Assembly: GCF_963921235.1 (NCBI RefSeq)
Contig: NC_086097.1
Location: 106,456,001 to 106,520,000, forward strand
Direction of reading: 5' to 3'
DNA from: Mobula hypostoma
Taxonomy: Eukaryota
Length of the DNA stretch: 64,000 nucleotides
The translations under genes and the position numbers were made by a program. The number at the start of each line of letters is the position of its first letter. The stretch's first letter is position 1. The notes below the pieces were generated by a model. That model searched no databases, was not told the DNA's origin, and worked only from the letters and a program-made list of their open reading frames with translations. Positions 11,215-24,899 of this stretch are shown in pieces.

Positions 11215-14200
11215 TCTATTTATTGAGATACAGTGTCGTACAGGCCCTTCTAGCCTTTCGAGCTGTGCTACAAAGCAATCCCCCAATTTGTGTCTATTTC
11301 AGCACTAGGAGTATTAGGAATAAAGGGGATGAACTTAGAGCATGGATCAGTATGGGGAACTATGATGTTGTGGCCGTTACTGAAACCTGGCTGGAGGAAG
11401 AGCAGGATTCGCTGATTCAGGTATCGGGGTTTAGGTGTTTCAAAAGGAATAAGGATGGGAGGTAGAAAAAGGGGTGGGGTTAGTAGCATTACTGGTCAGG
11501 GATAGTATCACGGCTATAGAAAGGGAGGACGCTGCAGAGGGAGTATCCACTGAGTTGGTGTGGATGGAAGTCAGAAATAGGAAGGGATCAATCACTGTGC
11601 TGGGAGTAGTCTATAGGCCCCCAAATAGCCCTCGGGACACTGAGGAGCAGATAAGCAGGCAGATTTTAGAATGGTGCAGGAAATACAGGGTTGTAGTTAT
11701 GGGTGATTTCAACTTCCCTCATATTGACTGGCACCTTCTGACTGCAAGGGGGATAGATGGGGCTGAATTTGTCAGGTGTGTTCAAGGATTCCTAACACAG
11801 TATGTGGAACGGTTGACGAGAGGAGAGGCCATACTGGATCTAATTCTGGGTAATGAACCTGGTCAGGTGGCAGACCTCTTGGTGGGGGAGCATTTTGGTG
11901 AGAGTGACCACAAGTCCCTTAGCTTCAGCATAGCTATGGAAAAGGATAAAAACAGACAAAATGGGAAAGTGCTTAACTGGGGAAGGGCTAACAATGAAGG
12001 GATGAGGCAGGAATTAGCGAGAGTAAATTGGAAACAGATGTTCAAGGGTGAAAGCACAGAAGTACTGTGGAGGAAGTTTAGGGACAACTTGTGCTGGGTT
12101 CAGGATAGGTTTGTCCCATTGAGACAAGGAAAAAATGGTAGGAAAAGGGAACTGTGGCTGATGAAACATGTGAGGCAACTCGTCAAGAGGAAGAAGGAAG
12201 CATATGTTAGATATAAGAGGCAGGAAGCTGGAGGGGCTCATGAGAAATATAGGGTAGCCATGAATAAGCTTAAGAAAGGACTTGAGAGCTCGAAGGGGGC
12301 ATGAGAAGGCCCTGGCATGTAGGATTAAGGAGAACCCCAAGGCATTCTATGTGTATATGAAGAACAGAAAGATGACAAGAATGAAGGTGGGGCTGCTAAA
12401 CGATAAAGAAGGCAACATGTGCCTGGAGGTGGAGGAGGTTGGGGAGATCCTAAACGAATACTTTGCTTCAGTATTCACAAGTGAAAAGGACCTTGATCAG
12501 GGTGAGGTAGAAATAGAACAGGCCTGTGTGCTGGACAATGTGGAGATTAAGGAAGAAGTGTTGGATCTTCTTAAAAACATCAAGATTGATAAGTCCGCAG
12601 GGCCGGACGTGATATACCCCAGGTTGCTGTGGGAAGTGAGGGAAGAGATCGCTGGAGCAGTAGCTATGATCTTTGAATCCTCTCTGGCTGCAGGGGAGGT
12701 GCCGGAGGATTGGAGAATCACAAATGTAGTTCCCTTGTTTAAAAAAGGTAATAGGGAGAATCCTGGGTACTACAGACAGGTGAATCTTACATCGGTGGTC
12801 TGCAAACTATTGGAAAGGATTCTTAAGGATAGGATCTACGAGCATTTGGAGAAGTACAGTCTACTCAAGGATAGTCAACATGGCATTGTGAAGGGAAGGT
12901 CGTGCCTCACGAGCCTAATCGAGTTTTTTGAAGAGGTAACAAAAGGAATTGATCAGGGTAGGGTGGTAGATGTGGTCTACATGGATTTTAGCAAGGCATT
13001 TGACAAGGTCCCCCATGACAGACTCATCCAGAAAGTCATGAGGCATGGGATCAGTGGAAACTTGGCTGTTTGGATAAAAAATTGGGTTACAGGAAGAAAG
13101 CAGAGGGTAGTAGTGGAAGGAAAGTATTCTGCCTGGAGGTCGGTGACTAGTGGAGTGCTGCAAGGATCTGTCCTGGGACCCCTGCTCTTTGTGATTTTTA
13201 TAAATGACCTGGATGAAGAGGCAGAAGGATGGGTGAGTAAGTTTGCAGATGACACAAAGATTGGAGGAGTTGTGGATGGAGCTGTAGGTTGTCAGAGGTT
13301 ACAAGAGGATATAGACAGGATGCAGAGTTGGGCAGAAAAGTGGCAAATGGAGTTCAATCCAGATTAGTGTGAGGTAATGCATTTTGGAAGGACAAACCAG
13401 AAGGCTGAGTACAGGGTTAATGGTCGGTTACTTTAGAGTGTGGATGAACAGAGGGACCTTGGGGTTCAAATCCATACATCCCTCAAGGTCGCTGTACAGG
13501 TTGATAGGATAGTTAACAAGGTCTATGGGATGCTAGGCTTCATTAATAGGGGGATTGAGTTCAAGAGTAGAGATGTCATGTTGCAACTCTACAAATCTCT
13601 GGTGAGACCACACTTAGAGTATTGTGTTCAGTTCTGGTCACCTCATTATAGGAAGGATGTGGAAGCTATGGAGAGGGTGCAGAGGAGATTTACCAGGATG
13701 TTGCCTGGATTGGAAAACAAGTCTTATGAGGCAAGGTTAGCAGAGCTGGGACTTCTCTCTTTGGAGCGTAGAAGGATGAGAGGGGACTTGATAGAGGTCT
13801 ACAAGATTATGAGAGGCATAGATAGGGTGGATAGCCAGTACCTGTTTCCCAGGGCACAAATAGCAAACACCAGAGGGCATATGTACAAAGTTAAGGGAGG
13901 GAAGTTTAGGGGAGACATTAGGGGTAAGTTTTTTACATAGAGGGTTGTGGGTGCCTGGAATGACTTGCCAGGGATGATAGTGGAGGCTAAAACATTAGGG
14001 GTATTTAAAAGCCTCTTGGACAGGCACATGGATGAAAAAAAAATAGAGGGTTACGGGATAGTGTGGGTTTAGTACTTTTTTTTAGGAATATATGGGTCGG
14101 TACAACATCGAGGGCTGAAGGGCCTGTACTGTGCTGTAGTATTCTAGTGTCTAGTGTCTAGCGTCTAGATTTAACCCTAGCCTAATCACAGGACAATTTA

Positions 14201-14320
14201 CAATGACCTATTAACCGACCAACCAATACCTCTTTAGACTGTGGGAGCAAACCAGAGCATCTGGAGGAAATCCACGCAGACACAAGGAGAATGTACAAAC
14301 TCCCTATAGACAATGGTAGG
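11215..14320 (-). mobile_element. HE1/V-SINE-like SINE split by the CR1 insertion (parts about 11215-11289 and 14168-14320)
   Basis: GGACAATTTACAATGACC, GTGGGAG.AAACC.GAGCA..TGGAGGAAA.CCACGCAG.CAC..GGAGAA.GTACAAACTCC core; halves join across the CR1. Confidence 0.7.
11290..14168 (+). mobile_element. CR1 LINE, near-complete ORF2 (APE + RT) and 3' tail
   Basis: ETW, VYRPP, GDFN, SDH; RT with QHG...GRSCLT, DFSKAFDKV, GVLQGSVLGP, FADD; C-terminal RPHLEYCVQFWSP; (GTCTAGT)n tail; a few frameshifts and stops. Confidence 0.95.
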
Positions 14321-15594
14321 AAGTAAAGGCATCAATTGAGTTATGGATTTTTCAAGAACAAACAAAGAAAATGTTGGAAATACTTTGCAGCTCAGATAAT
14401 TTCTATGGAAGGATAAACAATTAACTTCCTTGGCCTGGGGCTCTCCTTCAGAACTGGAAAAGACGATTATTCAGCAAGATTGGAGGAATGCGTCGAACAA
14501 AGAGGATATTTCTGACATGGTGACACCCTGTTCTAGATAGCTATGCTTTAGTCCTGGAGTTCAACTAGGCATTTCTCAATATGAATCAGGCACAAGGGCT
14601 TGATTAAATTTACATGTTAGAGGTGCAAAACAGTGATACTGTTCCAAGAAGCAAATGTTATTGTTCACTTATTGAAATAACATGCCTTCAGTGCAATGCT
14701 CTGGACTGGGACCCTACTGAGCTGTGTTTCTATTTTATAATTTAGAGTCCGCACAGCTAGAATGCCAAACCTTCTCTGACATATTAATTTCACTCAATGA
14801 TTAACTAAGTCCTCTAGCCCCACAATCTCTGACTTCAAACTGCCCAAATTCCTTTCAGACCTAAATACTAAACTCAGACATTTTATAAATCAATTTATTT
14901 GTTTACATATTCTTGGCTTCACCCTCCCATCATCCCCTCCATACAACCTTCCAGATTATATTGACAGTACTATGCTCACTGATATTTGAAATTTTGTTCT
15001 CTTGTCCTTTTTAAATAATGAAGTGGAAGAATAATCTACCTTTCTTGTTATGTTTAAGCCACAAATAACTCTCCACTCTTAAAATTCCTTGATAGAATTA
15101 CACCTGTATTTAATATCTGTTCCCTTCTCTCTTTCTCAATTTTAACTCAGTCAATCCCAAGGCCACTTTGGTCAGTATAGTTTCTTTGATGGAGCATTAT
15201 GAATGTCCTTGGGATGAGAGCTCTGGTCTAATTCTTCCACAGTAATACCTATACCATTTAAACTCTCCCATCGAAGTACCATCAAGGCATGTTTAGTATT
15301 TTCAGCCTAATTCCTATTGGTTTTTCACAATCTTTAGTCTCAGACTTGGTGTTGCCCAATTGCTTGTTTTAAAGTCACCATCCTTTCCCCTGTTTAATAC
15401 AACACTTGTAGTATCTGTTAAAAAGGATTGCTCACTTAGGTCACTATGTTATTACTGAACCTCTTTTAAAGAATTCAACATAACTTAAAATATAAAATGG
15501 GGTAACCAAACAAGAAGTAAATTCCTAGTCTATGCATCTGATCATATTAGAATATGCAGCACAAATGAGGTACAACATGGAATGCTGTAAACAG

Positions 15595-15821
15595 ATCAAA
15601 CATCAGAATGGGAAAGAAATGTGATCTAAGTGACTTTGGCTGTTGGTGCCAGATGGGGTAGTTTGAGTATCTCAGAAACTCCTGGTCTGAACAACTACTG
15701 AACCTCTTGACCATGTCTGTATGCTTTTAAACATTGAGTTACTGCCAAATGTTTGGTTGATTAGATATTTGCATTAACAATCAGGTGTACAGGTGTACCT
15801 AATAAAGTGGCCACTGATTGT
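15595..15821. mobile_element. Tc1 MITE fragment (one TIR)
   Basis: CATCAGAATGGGAAAGAAATGTGATCTAAGTGACTTTG and terminal GGTGTACCTAATAAAGTGGCCACTGATTG-TA, shared with the copies at 8238 and 17192. Confidence 0.75.
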
Positions 15822-16258
15822 ACACCTCAACCTAGCTTGGACAGAAGAGTGGCTGACTGGCAGGAGGCAAAGAGTATAATATTATCCTGTAAGTGTTAAA
15901 ACATACTTGCAATATAAAGACTTTCAGTTCCATTAACTCCAATATTTGAAAAACTAGCAGATAATAGTTATCAGATATTTAGCACTAGCAACAGGAGACA
16001 AACTTCCCCCACTGTCATTATGGAGTTATATATCCAAGATAATTCTGGGATTTTCATCTCCAGCATGCTTTGAACCATAAGGAAAATACTTTGTTGTGCA
16101 AAATATTGGATATCGTGATGTAATTAATTTAAAACATGTTTATTTTATTTTGGTTACATTTTTAGTTGGCAGGCAAAACTTGCCTCCCACATTCTTAAAT
16201 TGGGACTGGTAGAATGTTGACCCACTGTTCAGGCAGAAACCTTTACAAGTAGAACTTT

Positions 16259-16460
16259 ACAGTGGCAAAATTGGTAATGTTGGTGTGTCTCAGCTCCAGT
16301 GACCTGGATTCCAACCTGACATCCAGTGCAGTCAGTGTGGAGTTTGCAAATCCTCTCTGTGACCACATCTTTCTCCACAGAGCTCTTGTTCCCTTCCACA
16401 TCCCAGAGGTAGATAAATTGGTAGGTAAAGTGGCAGTAGGTGAACTAGGGAAGAGCTGAT
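16259..16460 (+). mobile_element. Old HE1/V-SINE-like tRNA SINE
   Basis: Degenerate A/B box head followed by GTGTGGAGTTTGCA..TCCTCTCTGTGACC core. Confidence 0.6.
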
Positions 16461-17191
16461 GAGCATGTGAAATTGAACTCAGACAGACACCTTCAATGGC
16501 TTCTTTAAACATCATTCCCTTTTTCATGGAGTAGGGATATTTTCTGGTGGTTGTGTAATGTTCAGTCAGTTCCATTACTGGTAAATGAACCAGTTCAACC
16601 CAACCTGCAGATAGATCTGGCCAATATTCAGGCCTAGGCTGACAGGCAGTATGTTACACTAACACCATTAAAGTGCCAGTTTATAGTCTCCGTCAACAAA
16701 TACAGTAGAACCACTGATACTTTATATCCAATGACATGGATTTTCTGAGGATCACTAATAATCGAGCTTAACTGCATCAGTGACATAAATACTGTGCCTA
16801 AGATACTAGGATCTGTGTATGTACTGTGGAAGTGATTCATCTCCTGATACCCTAAAGCTTTTCTATCACGTACAAACACAACTTAGAAGTGAGATAAAAT
16901 ACTTGCTTTGATTAACAAAGCTCAAGCAACTGGATGCCATCCAGGACAATGAAGCACATTTGACTACTACCTCATCCACAAGCCAATATGTTTATCTTCT
17001 ACATCACTGGTGTACTGTGGCTTCAGTGTGTACATTTGCAAAATGCACTGAGGTAACTTGCCTTAGCTATCTAGCAGCAACTCCCAAACTTGCAACCTCT
17101 TAGTCCAAGAAATAGAAGTGTAGCAGGCAGCTATGAACATGACCATTTGCAACTCACTCTCCATGTTATATGTCATCCTGACTTGGAAGTA

Positions 17192-17684
17192 CACTCAGTG
17201 GCCACTTTATTAGGTTCAAGAGTGGCACCCAATGTTGTCTTCTGCTGCTGTAGCCCACATACTTCGTTTTGTCACATTGCGATTCAAAGATGCTTTTTTG
17301 CACTCCACTGTTGTAACGCATGGTTATTTTGAGTAAATGTCCGACAGGAAGTTGACTGGTTCCTGTCAGCTTGAACCAGTCTGGCCATTCTTCTTTGATC
17401 TCTCCCATTAACAAGGCATTTTCACCCACAGAACTGCTGCTCACTGGATGTTTTTTTTCCCCTTTTTTGAACCATTCTCCGTAAACTCTGGAGACCGTTG
17501 TGCATGAAAATACAAGGTGATCAGTCATCTCCATCTGGCACCAACATTCATTCCAAGGTCAAAGTCACTTAGATCATGTTTCCTCCCCTGCTGATCTGTA
17601 TGCTTCTGTGCACTGAGTTGCTGCCACGTTATTTGCAAGAACAAGCAGGTGTACAGGTGTACCTAATAAAGTGGCCACTGACTG
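17192..17684. mobile_element. Tc1 MITE with both TIRs and TA target duplication
   Basis: TA|CACTCAGTGGCCACTTTATTAGGT ... ACCTAATAAAGTGGCCACTGACTG|TA; internal FSCTTVSRVYGEW transposase remnant. Confidence 0.9.
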
Positions 17685-18230
17685 TATATTACCTTTCTTC
17701 CAGTGTCCCTGGGTCTAAATCCTAGAGGAGGAGTTGAGGCCTGGGGTAGATCAGCAATGATCATATCAAAAGACAGGGCAGTCCTGAGGAACCAATTAGC
17801 CTAGTGTGCTCCTTGAGTTCTTCTTTTCTCTGTTACAGAATTGTGTGAGCACCTTCATCATCACGAGAAGCCCTGCAGTGATTCAAAATGGCTATCTGAC
17901 AAATGCTCAGGGCCTATTAGTTAGTGAAGGGCAACAGATACTGGCTCTATTAGTGATGCTGAAATTCCAAAATATGAAGAAGTTAAAGAAAAATTAGTAA
18001 CATTCTGATACAGTAGTAATTGGCCAGTTTATGTTTTCCTTTATCTCATCTACAAGACAAAAATATATATTTTTTTTAGGTAAATGAAAGTGTTATAACT
18101 ATACTGATGTGTCCTGGCTTGAGGCACGTTTAATTAATGGGTTGTTATCAGCCATTCCTACATCAGGCAACTATTTCTTGATATTATATCAAGAACTGAA
18201 TTTGCTCTAGATTGGTATTTGTGATAGCCG

Positions 18231-21200
18231 GGTTTTGTAACTCCAAAGCATAAAAACTAATCAAAAGCAAAAACACGGAGCTGAGCTGCAAATCTAACTT
18301 CATTTTTACTTTAAGGAAGACACGTACTTATGATGTGGTAGCGTCATGATATACTCCATTCACTTAATTTTACACATAACCTGAAATGAATTATATAATA
18401 CAACTATTATATAGGTATCCAGAGGATAGAAAATTTTAAATTGTTTCATTTGGGCCAACAGTTTTAACAGCTGTGGCATAATTCTTTGTTTTCTGGGATA
18501 ATGTCTTTCCTGACTAGGGGCACAACTCTACTTGGTAGGTGAGACAATCTCAAGTTCTGGGGCCTCCTCTGTGGTGGTTGTAGGAGTTGATTCTGAGACT
18601 GCAGGAAAGGTTCTGACAACTCTGGCCACCTTTCTTCCCTAACAATTGACTCTGCTCTCCTCAAGCAAGGAGGACTTTGACGAGCTTCTGATTCAGTGTC
18701 AGAGTAGTGTGTTTTGCTGACATTGCTCGCAGTGTGTTCTTTAGACTCTGAGCAAACTTTTCCACCAAGCCAGTTATACCAGGCTGGTATGGTGCATATG
18801 TAATATGTCTTATTTAATTCATTTTCAGGATCGACTGAAACTGTTCCGCAACTGTCACTGACTAAGTGTTCTGGAACACTAGTCTTTGAGAAGAGGCTTT
18901 TCAATACATCAACAGTGTGCGAGGCTGTAGCGGAGGCCATTAGGAACACTTATGGCCACTTTGTGGCTGATCCACTAGTACCAAGAAATTTGTCCCCTAG
19001 CAAATGAATCCTCTGTCAGGGCAATGCAGGTTACTTCCAGGAATGGACGGGTATTTCTGGATGTGTTGGCATCTCGAAAAGCACATGCAAGTTGCTTGAT
19101 CTGCTCATCTATCCCAGGATACCATACAAATCTTTGAGCTGACTCCTTTCGACCATGCCTAGATGACTGGTATATAGCTCCTGCAAAACTTCAACTTTCA
19201 GCTTGGATGGTGCAATGACTCTCAATCCCTTCATAAGGTAACCTCCCCCAAGAGCAAGTTCATACAGGTGCCAGTAAAAATGAGGGAAATGGAGTTTCTG
19301 CTGCACATTCCAGCCATTTTGGGTGACCATGAAGACCTGAGACATTGTGGGGTCTTTTCTGGTTTCCCTTTGATCATCTCTGCTGTAAAAGGGAAATTTT
19401 GATTTGCGTTAGGGAGAACGTATCAAGAGGAGTGTCCTTTTTTGTAAAATTTTCAGGTATTTCCTTTATCAAGGGTAAACAGTTCATTCCATTGGCATTT
19501 CCACGATTAGTTGTTCTCCTGAATTCGATCTTGTAATTTTGTCCTCCAAGAAACAGAGTCCATCTCTGCATTTGTGCTGTTGCTGTTAGTGGAACACCCT
19601 TCTGTGGATTGAAAATGGATACCACTGGTTGATGATCAATAATGAAGGTAAACTCTCTCACATAGAAGTACTAGTTGAAACATTTTACACCTAAACCAGA
19701 CCCAAGGTTTTCTGTCGATCAGTCCGTAATTTTTCTCTGCAGTGGCAAGCGAATGTGATGCTAAGGCTATGGGACGTCCATTTCCATCACTCATAACATG
19801 TGACATAACTATACCTATACCATAAGGCAAGCTTCACTGGACAAATGTGGATCATAATGCGTGAGTACAGTGTCTCATGTCACCATTTCCTTCACCTTTT
19901 GGAAAGCCACTTCACACGACTTTGTCCATTGCCTTTTCTTCCCAATCTGTTGTAATGAGTTCAAGGGGTGGAGCACAATAACCAACTTGGACAGGAACCT
20001 GTTATTGTAATTGACAAATCCTAAAAAGGATCACTGCTGTGACACAACATATAGCCTTGGGGCATCCATCACTGCCTGAATTTTCTCTGCACTTGCTAAA
20101 TCCTTGTGCACCAATTATGTGACCACAGTAAGCGATGTTTGGTTTAAAGAACTCACACTTGTCACAGCATGCTCCGAGCCCATGACCTTCTAATCTTCTT
20201 AACGATGTCTTGAGATTTTGGAGATGTTTCTTGTCATTCGTACTGGTAAAAAATAACATCATCCAGGTAACACTGAGTGTGTGGGCAGCAATGCAGAAAC
20301 TGGTCCGTAGTTTTTCCCAGAATGCAGATGGAGATGCTACTTCAATACTGATCCTATTAAAGTGATAGAGTACTTTATAACTGTTTATGGTGAGAAAAAA
20401 CTTTGGACTCTTCTTCTATCTCCATCTGCAGGTAGTTCTCAGCTATGTCCACTTTGCTAAAATATTTTCCTCCAGAAAGATTTGCAAAGATATCCTCTAT
20501 CCTGGCAGATCTATTTTCAGTAGTGGGTTGATGGTGACCTTAAAATCACCACAGACCCCGACAGACCCATTCTTCTTGGCCTCTGGGACCATTGGCATTG
20601 CCCAATGCCTCTACTCAAACTTGGAAAGAATTCCTTCAGGCTCCATGCGATCTAGCTCACTGCTACTTTATCATAAAGAACTTGATGACCTTCATAAAAC
20701 TTGGGTGTGGTGTGGCATTTTCTTTAACATTATTTAAACCTTGATATGCCATCCTTGAAAACTGTTATGGCATCCAATACCTTTCTTAATTTGCTTTCAT
20801 TTGACTCTATTATAGGGGACGTGGGATGCAAATGTTTGATTGATCTCCACTCAAGTTGTTGTCTCAGCCAATCACAACCCCACAATGTTGACCTCCCTGT
20901 TTTTACCACATTATCAGCCCAATGTGGCTTTTTGGTTGTTGTATTTCACTGTTAAGAATGTCATTCCCACAGGAATTATCTTTTGTCCAATGTAAGCTCT
21001 TAGTTGGATATCTGCAGGTTTCCTTTTAATATCTTTGAAATGTTATTTATCTCATTTTGTGAAACGACTAAAATAGCTGGTGCCCAATTCTATTTTAATT
21101 AATTCACCATTCACTTCTGGTGTAAGCCATTTTGCTTGTCTGTTGATAGTTTTCACATAGTAAATCTCATGGCTACGCAGTCCTGTGTCACTCTCAGCAT

Positions 21201-22445
21201 TAGCCAACTTTTCATTAACAGCATGCAGATTAGTGCTCATTTTGAAACTGCCACTTGAATTTTTAGCCTTTTCTCTTCTCTTTGTAGTCCATTTATTTTT
21301 GTCTGCCTGATGTGCTCTTTTTATGTGTCCTACCTAGATGAATTTTCTGCAAGTTTTACACTTAAATCTGCATTGGCTGGGTGTATATGATCCCCTGCCA
21401 CAATGGTAACACAATTTGTTTGGAAAGGCCAGTTTCTGTTTAGACACTGTAATATTACTCACACTCACTTTCATTCCTGACTGCACCTCAACTGTGTCTC
21501 TGGCTGCTGTTTCCATTGATACAGCAATCTCAAATGTTCTTGTAAATGTAAGTTGTGCTTCATTTAGGTGCTGAATTTGAATGCTTTCTTGTAAGATTCC
21601 ACAAACTAAACAATGTCTGAGTGCATCATTAAGTACATTACCGAAATGACAATGCTCAATCTCTTTAATTCAGTCACATATGCTGAAATTTTGCTTATGA
21701 AACCTAAAGTATTCTGTAATCACAATGATTTTGGTTCTAAATTTTCTTGCATTACTTTCACAATTTCAGCAAAGCTCATTTCGGCTGGTTTGGTTGGAGG
21801 AGTTAAACTTCAAAGCAAATGATATGCCAATGCACTCAGCAAAACTGGTTCTCGTTTCTCATCGGCTATTCCATTTGTTTCAAAATACCACGCAGTATGC
21901 ATGAGCCAGTTACCCACTGTGCAATCAAACACTTATTTTTTTCTGATGTAGCTAGCCACTTCCGCACTTATTTATTTATGATTATTACCACACGATATTC
22001 CCTGTTTATGCACCTGTGAATTTGTTCATTGTCTGCCTTTTTTAAAACTCGGTTGTCTTTCCTTTTCCAAAATCCTTTTACCCAGTCCTTTTACTCAATC
22101 ACTTGTCACTGCACTTTTTTAAAACTCAAACATCTCACTGTGCTTCAACAGGTAGGTAGCCATCTGAGGTTTGTTTAAAAATCACTCATTGCCACTGTTC
22201 TGTTTTGTAACTCCAAAACATAAAAACTAATCAAAAGGAAAAATAAGGAGCCAGGATGCAGCCTAACTTCGTTTTTACTTTAAGCGAGGCAAGGCCTTAT
22301 GACGTAGTAGCATCATGGCTTATGCAATTCACTGATTTTTACATATAATCCGTAATGAATTATTTAAACAAACAAAGAATGCTTAATCAAACAATATATT
22401 CACCATACAGTATTACTCAAATATTATTGAATTATTAAATACACA
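18231..22445 (-). mobile_element. Ancient Ty3/Gypsy provirus (Mag/K02A2.6-like), gag-PR-RT-RH-IN decayed
   Basis: Divergent direct repeats about 18231-18400 and 22196-22445; PBS-like TGGCAATGAG next to 22195; CYHCG..S...C zinc knuckle; KCEFFKP.I.YCGHII; RNase H YGIG.V.SH...RPIA.ASHSL..AEKNY; DHQP; integrase fragments. Confidence 0.88.
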
Positions 22446-23202
22446 ATGGTCAGGTCTTCAGAAAATAACACTGAGTAGACCATACACTCAATCTTTCTGA
22501 ATAAGGATGGAACAGTTAAGATTCACAAATTTTCATAAATATCTGCAATAGTTGTAAGTTATTTGCATTCTGTGAAAATATTGTAGTAAGCAGTTTAGCA
22601 TCCTTTTAGTGTGGTTGCACAACAGTCACATTTTCAAACATTTTCTCTTAACAGCAACACCTTCCTGAATATTAACCAAAACTACAGCTGAACAGATGGC
22701 AAATGGTTCAATTTTTAACCAAAAGAGACAGTGTTTAGAACTTCCCTCTAATGACTGAAAATAAAATAAATTTTGTGTAACAGAAGCAGTTGGGTTAAGC
22801 TGCCACAGACCACAACTTACTTGGAACACTGCAACTTGTACAACTCCTCAAAACTAGCCAGATTTACACACTTGTGATTCAGCAATGCTTTGTACAAACT
22901 GAAAATGTGAAAATATCCGAACAGGCTGAGTTGGTCACTTTTCAGTACAGAATCCAAATTGCTGCAAGCAGACAAAAGGTTACTGTCACTTTTAATGAAT
23001 CATATCTTACTAGCCTTTTCCTGGCTGAAAATGGCAAGGAATGAAGCAGAATAAATGGTTTTTGATCCCAATTAGTTTAGCAGAAGAGGTCTGATACTTT
23101 GGTATAATGACGTTCACACTCATTTACTTCACAAACTATAAAGGACCACCGGGATTGATTTACTTCTGCTTGACATACTCCAGACAACTTTCTCCTCATA
23201 CC

Positions 23203-23943
23203 TTATCAGCAATTTTTATCAACTTTAGACCTGATATGAGACACTAACACTTGCCAAATCTGCATTTTTTCTAAATACTTTAATAAACTGTTGTTCATCC
23301 ATCAAAGTGGTAATCAGATATGATCTGACAGAGTTTTGTCTTGTGTGGTACAGAAAAGGGGATTCTGGGGGAAAAAAGGCTTTTCAGTCTTGATAGTTTA
23401 TCAACTTGCAGATAGTGTGAGATTGCTTTCCCAATGACTTCATTTTCATTATCTTGCCAATACTCTGTATTCTTCCTAAACTCAGGATTTGACTCCCAGA
23501 CTGTCCCTCTCTCCCTCTTTCTGTCTGTCTGTCTCTCTCTCTCTCCGCAACCATTTTGAATCCTCTCTTTCTTATCTGGCTAACACAGGCCTGCATCATC
23601 TTTTCCTTCTCCTGACAGGGGCTACAACAATGGGTTCTGATACCACTGCTCAACATTTGCTTCAGAAAACCCTGCCACAGGCTCAGATTAACAAGAAAAT
23701 AGATAGCTGCATGCAAAACAAAACATTTTTCAGAATGTCTCCATTTGATTAATGGAGTAATGACAAGGGCCACTTTAATTTTAGTGCAGGATTTTCTACT
23801 CCACTTATCATGTCAATGACTATCAATGAATAATTTGGATTATTTACTACAAGCTGCCACAATTTATAGTTTTCACTGTCTGCTATCAAATTTAAACTAC
23901 TCAAATTTTTTACTTACTTTCCAAAAAAAAGGCAATTCTATCA
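23203..23943. promoter_or_regulatory. Candidate GATA-bound intronic enhancer (12 WGATAR motifs)
   Basis: WGATAR at 23203, 23216, 23391, 23398, 23410, 23449, 23572, 23701, 23805, 23820, 23883, 23938 in apparently non-repeat sequence. Confidence 0.5.
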
Positions 23944-24899
23944 TTACGGTTTTCTTAGTGTGTTACATCCCGAGTCTTAAAGGAATTTTAGTTTAGCTCT
24001 TACTTATTCTGTTTTTTTTTTCCTTTTTCTTTTTAAAATTTTATCCTCATGTGAACACAGGCCAATACATTTCATCAATGAGTTGAAAATAGAACCTGTA
24101 TCTCAAAATTTCCGGTATATCTGTGGAATGACGTCTCACTGTCCTTTACCTTTGGGGCTGACGACTGGAAGATGCACTCACAGAAACTAATACAGTTGTC
24201 TTCATTTTAAAATCCAAGCATGATACCAGTTTTCTGTAACTTCCGAAATTATTTTTACTTCCCCATTAGCTGGTGTTCTGTAAGACTCAGACCATTCACC
24301 CAGTTTTCTAAATAATAATGGAAAATGTTCATTTATATAGTATTATTCATTTCCGTTGGATGAGAAGATAGGGAGAAAAAGATTTCCAAATTTAACCTCT
24401 TTTTCATCTTGTCAAGGGAAAACAATATTTGCAATTTTAACCCTACATCATATCACTCTGATGTATTGTTATTAAATAACAGTAATTGTTTTCTAAAAGA
24501 TAATCATCTTATTTCATTCTTACAAGCACAAAATTATAATTCTCATAATGTCATATTGTCACTGATGTTGTTTTTCATATCTTCGTTGAATTTTTTTTCA
24601 TTTTAAGGAACAGGAATCCTTTCATGAATTTATATTCTGTTTATTCATAGATGTTAATTTATTAGTTTATAATTGATTTTGTTTAAATCTAAATATATTT
24701 GCAGGTTTCAACTTTGAACTTCCCCACCCTGCATGATCAGGTGGAATGTATTTTGGATCCTGGGGCATTTTAGATAGTTCTACATGAAAACTGAGCAACG
24801 GAAGCACACACAATCATTACACATCATCATCCAAAAAGTAAACAGGTTTATCTGAAGGCTATATTTTAATGTGTGCCTGCTGTTCCCAGTTAAAGCAGT

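Noticed and set aside
23384..23773. 129-aa ORF with an ER-repeat
   Set aside because: Driven by a (CT/GTCT)n microsatellite; no recognisable homology or splice support
24090..24210. Possible next ZFPM exon ending at AAAG|GTAAAG near 24150
   Set aside because: The expected frame has a stop and no frame resembles FOG
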